NCBI GenBank assembly: GCA_013239625.1
Contig: MU057102.1
Location: 3,221,713-3,285,712 of the forward strand
Direction: 5' to 3'
DNA length: 64,000 bases
Source: Lama guanicoe
Taxonomy: Eukaryota
This document shows, in pieces, positions 11,325 through 32,869 of the stretch (its first letter is position 1; each line of letters opens with the position of its first letter). A model generated the notes under the pieces. The model was given only the letters and a program-made list of their open reading frames with translations, did no database searches and was not told the DNA's origin. The position numbers and the translations under genes were made by a program.

Positions 11325-13006
11325 TCTGGAAAAACAAACAGTTTTGTGTCAGCAGCAGGGCATGTTGTCTGGACGCATGTATGTGGAAAGGACAGGGCTG
11401 ACCCCATGGTGCTGAGTGAGGACATCCCCCTGCCTGCACAGGTGGGTCACACCTTAGGCAGCATGTCCTCTGCCAGGCAGTCCCCTCCCTGCTTTGGGGG
11501 GAGCTGCCACCTCCCAGGTGCAAGAGCTAAAGGGGTCCCCAGCCCTCAGGGCAAGGAGGGAAAACCATGTCGACGAAATAACTTGAACTTTGTGGGTAAA
11601 GGCTGGGAGACAGGTAAGGGCTGATCTGTGATGACACTGGATGAGGCATAGGAATCTTCGTCTCCCTGCAGGCCTCGGTGTCAGAGTTGGAGTGGGCTAC
11701 CAAACTGGTGGAGGATGGGAGAGCAGACAGCACGGCAGCCTGCACTCTGCCTATGGGGCCAGGAAATGGGGACCAGACAAGGTGTTGGGAGGGTGGAGGC
11801 CCAGAGGAGGAGCCAGAGAAGGTAACAAGCAGCAGGGTGCAGAATCGTTTGTAGGGAGTCAAGTGGCTTCTACATCAGAGTCTGCAGAGTAGAAACACAC
11901 CAGGGGCCTCCAGTTGGGCCCAGAAGTTTCTAGAGCAGTCCCACTTCTTCCCAAAGTCTTTGTCATGGTGACTGACGTGGCCTTCTGAGTCCAGGAGTCA
12001 CCAGAGAACTGGGCGTTGACCTGCCCAAGGGGGCACCACAGGTACTTGCTAGTAGTGGGGGCCCTGGGGACTGCGGTTTAAAGAGGCTGGGTGGCTGGGG
12101 CAGAGGGAGTAGGTAGGGGTGGCCTTGGAAGAGGTGAGGTTGGGGTGGGAGGTCAGGGTGACCAGCCCCCTTGAAGGGTGAGGCCAGGGGTCGGGGGCGC
12201 TGGTGTGGAGGACCGGGAGGGGCAGGAGGGAAGTGGGGAGTCAGAGGCTCTTGCATCTGGCCAGGGGTTGGGTGGTCAGCCCTGCTTTGCCAACAGGCCC
12301 ACACACTGTGTGTGGAGGCAAGAAAAAGAAGTGTAAGTCAAGAGTAACTACTAGTTTTGGCCTGAACAACTGGGTAAAACGAGGGGGACATAAGAGGGAG
12401 ACAGACTTGGAGGCAAACTCCCTCTGCCGGAGAAGGTGGGAGAACAATGATGGCAGCCTCTATGGGTCTGGCTTCTACTGAGGAGGGGGCCGCGAAGGCG
12501 GCTCCAGAGCGAGGAGGGGCCGGGTCAGGAGGGCAGGAAGACTGGCGGCCCCAGAGAGCGGGTCTTGCGGGATCAGCGGTGCGGGAGCGCAGAGCCCAGG
12601 TTTCTGCGGCAGGTGCGGCAGGAATCGGCGATGGCTCACAGGTGGGGCTACGCCCAGAGGGTCCGGACAGCAAGCCGGAGAGTATTCGGGGGCGGAGACG
12701 TGTCTTTGCAGGTCACAGCCACGGGTGGTTTGCGGCTGGACGAGGTCACCGGGGTGGGGGGGAGGGCGGCGCAGCGGGCCCGGGCTGTTCTGTCTTTGAG
12801 GGCGGCAGAGGGACCACCAGGCGTCTCGGAGGCAAGGGTGGGAGGCCGCCGGCTCCGCTCGCGACTGTGGGAAGAGGCGTCGCGGGGGGAGTGCTTCCCG
12901 GGGGGAGGGGGCCACGACCAGGGTGGTCGCCACCACGGCAGACAGAGGCCTGGGGCCAGAGGAGGCGAGGCCGGAACCCCGAGCCCGGACCCCGCTGCCG
13001 CCTTAC

Positions 13007-13075
13007 CTGTCGGCCGCCGCGCGGAAACAAGAGAGCGGGAGGCGTCGAGTCCGGGAGCCCCTCTCCCCGCCGCCG
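13007..13075 (-). other. TACC3: TACC3 non-coding first exon (5' boundary approximate)
   Basis: Strong donor CAG|gtaagg (ccttacctg at 13001-13009) inside the CpG island, next to CHR/CCAAT promoter elements. Confidence 0.7.
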
Positions 13076-13384
13076 ATTCAAATACCGACGGTTGGCGCGC
13101 GCGGCCAATCGGCGTGCGGCTGGGGCGAGACGCACGGAATCGGCGGCCAATGGGAGGCCATGGCTGACGCCGCGCCCACAAGGGGTTCCGCTTCCGGCGC
13201 TAGCGGTACGCTGGGCGTGGCGGGCGCTGGAATTCTCGGTAACTGCGGCTCCCGCAGCAGGCGATGGGGAAAGGTTGCTCGTGGGCGGGCTGACCGCGCG
13301 GACCGCCGTCGCCCAGGAATCTCGAGCTCTGCTGCGGGCGCCCCTAGGCTGCGCGGAAAGGCCAGGGCCCGAGAACCAGTCGCC

Positions 13385-13420
13385 CGTGTCTCAGTTTCCC
13401 CAGCTGTGAAATGGGACCAG
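13385..13420. mobile_element. MIR core fragment
   Basis: tctcagtttccccagctgtgaaatggg is the diagnostic MIR core. Confidence 0.6.
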
Positions 13421-13724
13421 GTGCAGCGCCGCCCCCAGGGCAGGTCGTGAGAACCCAAACCCTCGCGAGGACTATCGCGGCGCTCACGACTTCTGCCGGG
13501 TGTCGGGCACGGGAACTCCATTTCCCAAAGTGCCCCGCGGGACCCTAGCTCCCAGAGCGCCGCGCGAGTGGTCTGAGAGTGGGGACTCCACTTCCCAGAG
13601 TGCCCCGCGCTGCCCGGCGCTTACCGGACCCGGACGCTGGGGCCTGCTCCGGGCGTCCGGGCAGCGGGTTTCGCCCGGAAGGCGGGTTTCTCCCGGACGG
13701 CTTCCCGGTGGGGACGGCGGCGCG

Positions 13725-13929
13725 ATGGACAGCCCCGAGGTTACGTTCACGCTGGCCTACCTGGTATTTGCCGTGTGCTTCGTGTTCACTCCCACCGAGT
13801 TCCACTCGGCCGGGCTCACGGTGCAGAACCTGCTGTCGGGCTGGCTGGGCAGCGAGGACGCTGCCTTCGTGCCCTACCACCTGCGCCGCACGGCCGCCAC
13901 GCTGCTGTGCCACTCGCTGCTGCCGCTCG
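13725..13929 (+). CDS. TMEM129: TMEM129 exon 1 CDS
   Basis: MDSPEVTF...LLCHSLLPL; donor G|gtgagc. Confidence 0.95.
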
Positions 13930-16900
13930 GTGAGCTCGGTGGGCGGGGCGGCGCTCGAGGCCCAGCTCCGGGACCTCAGAGCGAGAAGAGACCGGGGAGG
14001 GCGTCCGGGTCAGAGCCTAGGCTGTGAGCTCGTGTGCTCCCAGGAGTGCGCTGGAGGGAAGTGGCGGCAGCTGGCCTCTTGCAGGCGGCAGAAAGGCAGG
14101 CTCAGAACCCTGCGCGAGGGGATGCCTCACTCACTGGGGCAAGTTGTGAGCTATCGCATGGGGGGCAGCTCCCTGTAGAAGAACGTGAGTTAACTGATGC
14201 CAGCATTGGTGGCCTGCCCCAGTCCTTGGAAGGAGGATGCGGGAAGGACAGACAAAGAGCATGATGGCAGTAGGAAGTGTCACGGGTGCAGAGACCCGGG
14301 AAGGTGTGTATGTGGCCAGGATGCTCAGATGTTGCCAGGGGCTGTGCTGGGTAGTGACTCAGGTGTAGCTGGTCTCTTTGAGAGGCTGGCTTGAGGCCAG
14401 GGGGCTGCCTGCCTCATGGGGATGGAGGGCAGAGAAGAGCCCATGCCAGGACAGAGACAGCCTGCGTGGTGAGGTCGCTCCACCTAGCTCCCCTGTGAGG
14501 CAGGGAAACCCCGCAGGAGGAAAGTGTGGTTCAGAGTTTGGGTTCTCCTGAGGGTTGTGGATTGGGTTTCTGCCCTGGGAACTAAGGATTTCCGAAGTTT
14601 CTGGAACCTCTTAACTGCATGCCTCCCACCAGCCTGAGGGGGGCTGGGCCACCACCATCCCATGGAAGGACAGGGAAACTGGGAAGTGAGCCAAGTGACT
14701 TCCCTGGGCCACACGAGGACGAAATGGTGGAGCCTGGCCTTAGAGTCAGACAAGGAGTTTTTCTTTTTTTAATTTGTTTTGCAATAGCTTTGAAACTTCA
14801 TAGACCTGTTATCTATTGCTATGGGGCGAGAGAAATTGTATTGGCTTGATCAAAAGTGCTTGCTATTGTTTTTGCAACTTCAAGCCTGTGCTGTGGGTTA
14901 TTGTCTACCTCGTTATTGACATGCAAATTGGCCCCCATCTGGCCAGCAGGGTCCTGGAGCTGGCTCCCCTGATGTCCTTGTGACATGCCTGTGTCATACC
15001 TTGCTCACTGGCACACGATGTTCCGGTTCTGGGATGGCCATGCCCTTTTCTGCCTCCTCAAGAGTGGGTGGCATCCAGAGGCCTGGATCTGGCCCCAGGA
15101 GGGCCAGTGGGCAACTCTGCATTGGGTGACATGAGAGCCTTGTACTTTTGCTTTTGTAGGTTTTCCCCAGTACTCATGTGTTATTTGTATGGAACTGAAG
15201 TAGTAAGATAAAAATGTTTTCTGCTGACAGGGTAAGGGCTGAGTTGGACCAGTTGTGGAGGCGGGTGAGGCTCACCTGCCCTAGGGTACCATGGCCTTGC
15301 CCTGGCCCAAGGATGGAGACAAAAGGAAGCCCCCCCGCCCCCAACAGGGATAGCCCTGTGGACCTCAGTGGGAACCTCCTGGAGAGGATGACAGCCTAGC
15401 AGCCCCCACCCCTGCTGAGGCTTGCTCTGTCCCTTGTAGGCTACTACGTGGGCATGTGCTTCGCAGCCTCAGAAAAGCGGCTCTACTTTCCCAGCCAGGC
15501 CCCGGAGATCTGGCGGGTCTTCCTCCTGCTGGCGGTGCTGCTGCCCACCATTGCCTGCACCCTTATCTACTACTGGTCCCGGGACCAGTGGGCCCACCAC
15601 CCCCTGGCCCGCACCCTGGCCCTCTATGCCCTCCCGCAGTCAGGCTGGCGAGCTGTCGCTTCCTCCGTGAACACTGAGTTCCGGAGGATTGACAAATTTG
15701 CTACGGGGGCTCCGGGTGCCCGGGTGATTGTGACGGACACATGGGTGATGAAGGTGACCACGTACCGTGTGCACGTGGCCCAGCAGCAGGATGTGCACCT
15801 GACTGTGACGGAATCCCAGCAGCATGACCTCTCGCCAGACTCGAATCTACCTGTGCAGCTGCTTACCATCCGCGTAGCCAGCGCCAGCCCTGCTGTGCAG
15901 GCCTTCGACATCCGGTAGGCTTGCCCACGCCTGGCCAGCACCCAAGATCTGGTGTTTGTCTTACTCAGGAGGCGATGGTGGGTGGGATTTGGTCCCTCCA
16001 GTGTGCCCCTCCCTCAGGGCGGCACTGCCCACCCTAGGCCGCCTTGCTGGACCCCTGTCTTCTCAGGTACTCTCAGCTCCCTCCTTCACTTCTCATCTGA
16101 GCTGCCTTCTGCAGCTTCTTAGGGGGAGCCCCACAGGGATGTTTGGGGGTCACTGTACCAGACACAGGCTTGGGCTGGAGCCGAGGTCCTCCTGTCTAGT
16201 TCAGGCTGTGGCCGGCCTGCTGTGCTCCTCCTGGGACATGCCTTGGGCCTGAATCTACTGAGGGCCAGGCACTCCATGTCTTAGCTACCATCCTTCAACC
16301 TTGCTGTGTCCTGGGAGGGCGGTGGTCAGCTGGGCAGCACTGGGTCTGTGGGCTCGGTGCTCTGGCCATTTTTGCTAGCTGGTCTTCATCTGGCAGCCAG
16401 GCTGTGCCTGAGTCTCCATGTTCCGTGTGGTCATGGGTGCCCCGCTCACTGTGGCACAGACTTGGCCTCCCTGCCACTGCCCCAGGGTCCTTGCCAGCCT
16501 GCCTGGGAATGATGGCCCTGCCCTGCAGAGGCCTCAGTCCAGTGGTCCAGCCCAGCAGCAACCACCTCGTGCAGGCTGAACTCCACGGAGTACGGTGAGC
16601 TGTGTGAGAAACTCCGGGCACCCATCCGCAGCGCGGCCAACGTTGTCATCCACCAGAGCCTGGGCGACCTGTTCCTGGAGACATTTGCCTCCCTGGTGGA
16701 GGTCAACCCGGCCTACTCAGTCCCCAGCAGCCAGGTGGGGGCCTGGGTGGGTGATGGATTCCCACATCTCCTGGGGTGGGGGGCTCTATAGGCCGGGGCC
16801 CCTGTGACCACCTTGGCCTGCTGCAGGACCTGGAGGCGTGCATCGGCTGCATGCAGACACGTGCCAGCGTGAAGCTGGTGAAGACCTGCCAGGAGGCGGC

Positions 16901-17075
16901 GGAGGGCGAATGCCAACAGTGCTACTGCCGCCCCATGTGGTGTCTCACCTGCATGGGCAAGTGGTTCGCCAGCCGCCAGGATCCGCAGCGCCCGGACACC
17001 TGGCTGGCCAGCCGAGTGCCCTGCCCCACCTGCCGTGCGCGCTTCTGCATCTTGGATGTGTGCGCTGTGCGCTAA
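13725..17075 (+). CDS. TMEM129: E3 ubiquitin-protein ligase TM129 (ER membrane RING ligase, ERAD); 4 exons, 362 aa
   Basis: Exons 13725-13929, 15440-15914, 16575-16734, 16827-17075 = 1089 nt; MDSPEVTFTLAYLVFAVCFVF...; three N-terminal hydrophobic segments; C-terminal Cys-rich RING CIGC...CQQCYCRPMWCLTC...CPTC. Confidence 0.97.
15440..15914 (+). CDS. TMEM129: TMEM129 exon 2
   Basis: GYYVGMCFAA...FRRIDKFATGAPGARVIVTDTWVMKVTTY...AFDI; ttgtag acceptor, gtaggc donor. Confidence 0.95.
16575..16734 (+). CDS. TMEM129: TMEM129 exon 3
   Basis: LNSTEYGELCEKLRAPIRSAANVVIHQSLGDLFLETFASLVEVNPAYSVPSSQ. Confidence 0.95.
16827..17075 (+). CDS. TMEM129: TMEM129 exon 4 (RING domain)
   Basis: DLEACIGCMQ...CPTCRARFCILDVCAVR*. 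Confidence 0.95.
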   Translation, partial: DLEACIGCMQTRASVKLVKTCQEAAEGECQQCYCRPMWCLTCMGKWFASRQDPQRPDTWLASRVPCPTCRARFCILDVCAVR

Positions 17076-18295
17076 GCCTGTCGGCCTTTCTGGGGACACC
17101 ACAGGCTCTCTTTTCCCAGCGTAGCAACTCACCTGCTCCCCGAAGCTGCAGAGGGACCAGGGCTTTTGTTTTAAAAAGAAGTTTCCAGCTGCAGTTCTGT
17201 CTGCGGCAGTGGGACTGGTCTTCACTGCCTCTGCCTCCACTCTCCGTTCCTCTGGGTAGGGGAAGGTGCTGGACACAGGACGTGCTATCGGTTCCATCTC
17301 CAGAGCCTTCTGGGGCCCCTAGCTGGGTTTTGGGAGACCCTGTGGTCTGCCCCAGATGGCCCTAACCTGAGCCACTTGCCTTAAACTTATGGGGCACATA
17401 AATTTTAACTGCTCTTTGGTTACATGACAGACCCAAATTTTTCCAGCAGATTTTACATCAGTCTATTCTGCTCCTGTCCCCAAGCTGGCTGTGGCCCTGT
17501 TGTTTTGGCACCCTCTACTCCCCATGGAGGACCTGGCACAGAGCCTGCTGATGGAGGGGGAAACCTGGGGTTCTGTTCCAGGGTCTCCTGATGGTTGCAA
17601 CTAGCCAAGGGCCTTCTCCTACGTGGGTGGCCCCTACCTGCTCCCTTTCCAGGGATACTCTGGGTTTCCTGTCAGGGGCCGGGTGAGGGGCTCGCTGCTT
17701 ACAGCTGCCATTCCCTTAGTTGTGTGCTTATGGGGGCTGCCTACCCCTTGAAGGGGCATGTACCCACCCATGTGCCTTCTGTTGCTGCTGCAAGTCTGGG
17801 GAACAGGCCAAGTCTCAGGCTTCTGGTAGGGAAAACATTGAAGACCAAGCACCACAGCAGCATTCTCTATCCAGACAAGCCTACTGGGACTCAGCACAAG
17901 GCTGGCCATAGCCCTGCAGGGTCCACCTGTTTGAGAAGGGGATGTGCCCAGTGGTCAAGGCACTGACAGCTGCATTCCCACTTCCCAGTGGTGCAGGTGG
18001 GGAGCAGGGAGGGAACTGCCAGGCCCCAAAGTACAGCTCTGACAGATGTGGCTATTGGAGCAGCCCTGAGCCCCCTAAAAAACCCTGGGATTTGGGAGCG
18101 AGATGGCCGAGCTTTGTGGTCCTCAGGGGCGCTCACAGATGGAGGCCGTCAGAGGGGCAGCCAGGAGCCATGCCCAGCCTCAGCCCGGAGTTTCAAACCC
18201 TGGCAAGGGAGAGCCAGGCCTGGAGTTTTTTCTACAGAAAGAAGTTACTTAGTTTTATAAAGGTAAATCTATTGTAGGGAAGTGATACGCTATTT

Positions 18296-18301
18296 AATAA
18301 A
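18296..18301 (+). terminator. TMEM129 polyadenylation signal AATAAA
   Basis: AATAAA in an AT-rich patch followed by U/GU-rich sequence, about 1.2 kb after the stop. Confidence 0.75.
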
Positions 18302-19450
18302 ATGTTAGTATGACCATTATATGTATTTTCTTAATTGCAATGCTTTTTCTTTGGTTAACAGTTGGGGGAAGGCCCTCCTAGAAGTGGCAGCTTTAATGTG
18401 CACATTTTGTTCAGAATAAGACGAAAAAGGAGGTCGACTGTAGGAGTCTTCCCCTCTGATTTCCTAGCTGGGGCGCAAGGGTCTCAAAAAGCCCAAGTCC
18501 TGGGCACCTTTGTTGAAGGGTCCTGGGGGGTCAGGGGGTCAGCATGCAAGGGCCCATGTGGGGGGACCCGGTGGCCCAAGGTGGTGCTCTCTGCTGTTTG
18601 GTGGGGTGCCTGGGTGGCTCAGGACGGCGGCTTGTGTTGGGGAGCTCCTCGACAGCACGTGCTTCCTGCTCCCTTATATCGCGGCTAGACCGCGAATGTA
18701 TTTAGAAAGCACTACGTGCAACCCATGAAAAAAAGCACAGGTGGACTAGAATTTTCTACATCCCAAGTGTCTTTGACTTTTCTTTCCTCTTGGGCCGTTC
18801 CCTTTACCTTGGTTTTGTCGTTGTTGTGTTTGGCACACAGCATCAGCACTTAACGCAAGGAGGCTGGGCTGAGGCCCCGCCGGTTTGGGTACCGGGTGGG
18901 GGTCCCGGAGGGCCCGCGGAGGCAGGGAGTTAGCGCGGGAGGTGGCGCTGAAAGCGGCAGAAGTGAGCCGTGCTCAGGGCTGAGAAGTGACGGGGGATCG
19001 CGGGGCTGAGCATCAGACGCCGGCAGCGAGTTCCTGCGCAGACTTCGGTGGCTGAAGACTGCAGCCCGACTCCGCCCTGCGGGCACCCCTTCCGGGTTTC
19101 CGGTTCCCGCTAGCGCCGACGCTGCCCCTCCCTGTGCCGGCCAATCAGAGGCCGCCCTTGCCGAACCGACCAATCGGAGACCGCCCCTAGCCGGGACGGG
19201 CCAGTTGGAGACGCGTCGCTTGCTCCCGGGCGCGCCCGCCTCGCCCTCGCCCGAATCTCCCGCCATTACCCACCCCCGCCCGCGAAGGCGTGGCCAATCA
19301 GCGTCCGAGGGTCGCGGCGGCCCGGCCGCGTCCATGCCGCAGGGGCCAAGCTTTTTCTGGAACCTCGTCTCGGTCAACCCGGCGGCTCCTCTCCGCCTGC
19401 CAGACGGCAGCGTGCGGGGCCGCGAGATCGCCGCTCCCGCCCGGGCCTAG

Positions 19451-30513
<11,063 letters not shown>

Positions 30514-31289
30514 CTGGTGTGGCCGCACCATCCAGGCACCGGCCGAGCCCTGCCCTGTGTTCTTAGCTGGCTGGTTTCTGTTAACAGCTTCTTAACAGCT
30601 TTTTGTCTCATGGTGGATTGTTGTTCTTGCCATATATCCTTAAGAAACATTAATTTTATGAATGGGGGTGCATTTTGCATGTTTTAAATTGTAAATGGAA
30701 CTAAATCCAAGGGAAGTGGAACTTGAAGCAATCTTGCCACGACCTTAATTGCTTTTAATGTCTACCATCTTCGGGTTAATGTGACAAGCATATTTTAACT
30801 GGTTTTCCACAAGTATGTTGAATGTTAAGTTGCTGCCTGTCAGGTGGCCGCTTGGGTTTACAGTCGTTCACGGGACCACGCTGGCGCCGGCTTTCTCTGC
30901 TGGTGTCTGACCGGGTGGTCTCCGTGGGTCCCTTTCACACTTTTATGGAAACTGGATATTTGGCTGCTTGTCAGTAAGTCAAGGTGGCTTTTTCCTCATC
31001 CAGAGCACTGAATAGTCAGATTTTAAATTGAGCTGGTAAGTTAATGGGTTTTACGTAAGTTATACAGTCTTAGTTTGGTACTTGTAAATAGCGCTAGGTA
31101 GGCCATCTACCCTCCAAGAGCTGAGGCAGCAGAGGGATTTAGAAAGCATGTTTTTTTTACAATCAGTTAATTTACCATGTAAAATTGCTGTAAATGATAA
31201 TGTGTATAGATTTTCTGTCTAAATATTCACTTGTAAACTTCTTGTTCAGACTTTGTTTTTATTGCTTTTGTATGGAATGACATTGCAAA

Positions 31290-31295
31290 AATAAA
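31290..31295 (+). terminator. SLBP polyadenylation signal AATAAA
   Basis: AATAAA at the end of an AT-rich ~780-nt 3'UTR. Confidence 0.8.
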
Positions 31296-32869
31296 AAGGA
31301 AAGAACCTTCTTTAACTGACTTGCTATGTTGGCAGGTAGGCCAGCTGCTGCGGTAGATCCTGCGGTTGGAGGGGCCGAGTGGGTGTCTGTCCTGTCAGTG
31401 CCCGGGGAGGGTAGCTCACAGTGGGGGAGAATCATGGCCCAAGCTTTAGCCCCCCCCCCGGCTGTGCATGACCTCATTTTGACAGGCTTGGGGCCCCAGC
31501 CTGAGCTCTCAGTTGGGCTGCAGCCAGGCCCAGACCTGGTCAGCGCAGGGCCTGCCACATTAGGTGTGTGCTCTCCTTACACGCAGGTTTCCTGGCGCGG
31601 GGGGGGGTGTGCCTGTCAGCCTTGCCTACAAAGCCAGGGGCCTTGGCTTGATGCCTGTTCGGTAGCTGGGCGATGGCCTTTCCCTGTGTCCAGAGACAAC
31701 CGGGGCCATGCAGTCCACCCTGGAGCGGAGTGAGCGTGGGACCTGGTCCTGAGGGGCTGCCCTGCCCTCCGAGTCGTCTTGGTTGTGTACGTGGTCCCTG
31801 GCAGCCGAGTGCAGACGTCGCCCCCGGCCTGCGGCCACGGCCGTGCTCCCTGTGGGTGCCCCCGGGAGCTGAGCTGGCTTCAGGCAAGGGCTGGGCTTGG
31901 TCAGCTTGGTTTAAGGTGCTGTGAAGGGCAGAAGCTCTTCCTGTCCGTGTTCCTTGGGCTCGTACCACAGGTTAGGCCATCTGATAGACACTGGGGTGTG
32001 CTGGAGATGACGCCCCTTAGAGCACTCAAGCTCTGATGGGGACTGAGGATGGCAGTGGGATGTCGAGGTTAAGGGGTAAGGGCAGAGAGAAGGGTGGGGG
32101 AGCGGGGTCACAGTGGTGGGATGTCGCCTGTTCTTGTAGGGTGGTTGGGAGATGCCTGATAAGGCGGCATGTGAGCAGAGATGTGCTGCCTGGCAGAGCG
32201 TTCACTCCAGGGGCAGCAAATGCAAAGGCCCTGCGGTGGGAGTGGTGTAGGGACCGTGGAAAGAGCCCTCAAAGGTGGGAGGGACCTGGTGGCTGGCAGT
32301 GGGTGGGCGCTGGAAGGACCTACAGGAGCCAGCTTGTGAGAGGAGCTGTGAGGAAGGTGCAGGGGCACCTTGGGGGCCTTGGGGAGATGGCTAGTGAGGC
32401 CGGTGGAGAGGTGTAGGAACACTGGAAGCCAGGGCAGAGTGGGTCCTGGCCCCAGGTGACAACACTGAGCAGGGGACAGGGTAGTGGTGGAGGACAACAG
32501 TGTGCCTAACGAGCTGGATGCTCTAGCGAAATAGCCATGCCAAGCCCTGAAGGAGCCTGTGGCTTCCTGCTGCTTGGACGGAACGACCGAGAAGCTCCGG
32601 GAAGGGCTCTTGGTGTGAAGGTGTGCCCTTCCTGGTCTGTATGCCCAGCCTTCCCGGGTGGCAGACAAGGCGAACCCTGAGAAACGTCAGAGCAAAGGTC
32701 AGATGTAGAGGGTGGTCAGGAAGACCCACGTGTTGTGACGCTGGGGCTGGGGCTGTGAAAGGCTGGTTGAGACCTTGGGAACTGGGGGGGTCTTTCCAGC
32801 AAGTAATAGGGCTTGTAAGCTTGAGAGCTTGTCTCTCAGGAGCCCAAGACGGAGGAGAGCTTATTAGTA

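Larger units (their letters stand above)
12480..14030. promoter_or_regulatory. CpG island, bidirectional TACC3/TMEM129 promoter
   Basis: CpG-dense; CHR TTTGAA (ttcaaa 13077-13082), E2F-like TTGGCGCG 13092-13099, CCAAT 13105-13109 and 13147-13151, ETS CTTCCGG near 13191, three ZNF143-like sites 13513-13609. Confidence 0.88.

Noticed and set aside
12447-13409. 320-aa ORF and overlapping long ORFs in the TACC3/TMEM129 island
   Set aside because: Stop-codon depletion in very GC-rich DNA; low-complexity Gly/Arg/Ala/Pro with no recognisable domain.
13500-13724. 75-aa N-terminal extension of TMEM129
   Set aside because: Starts at GTG and runs through promoter motifs; ATG 13725 has good context and gives the expected 362 aa.
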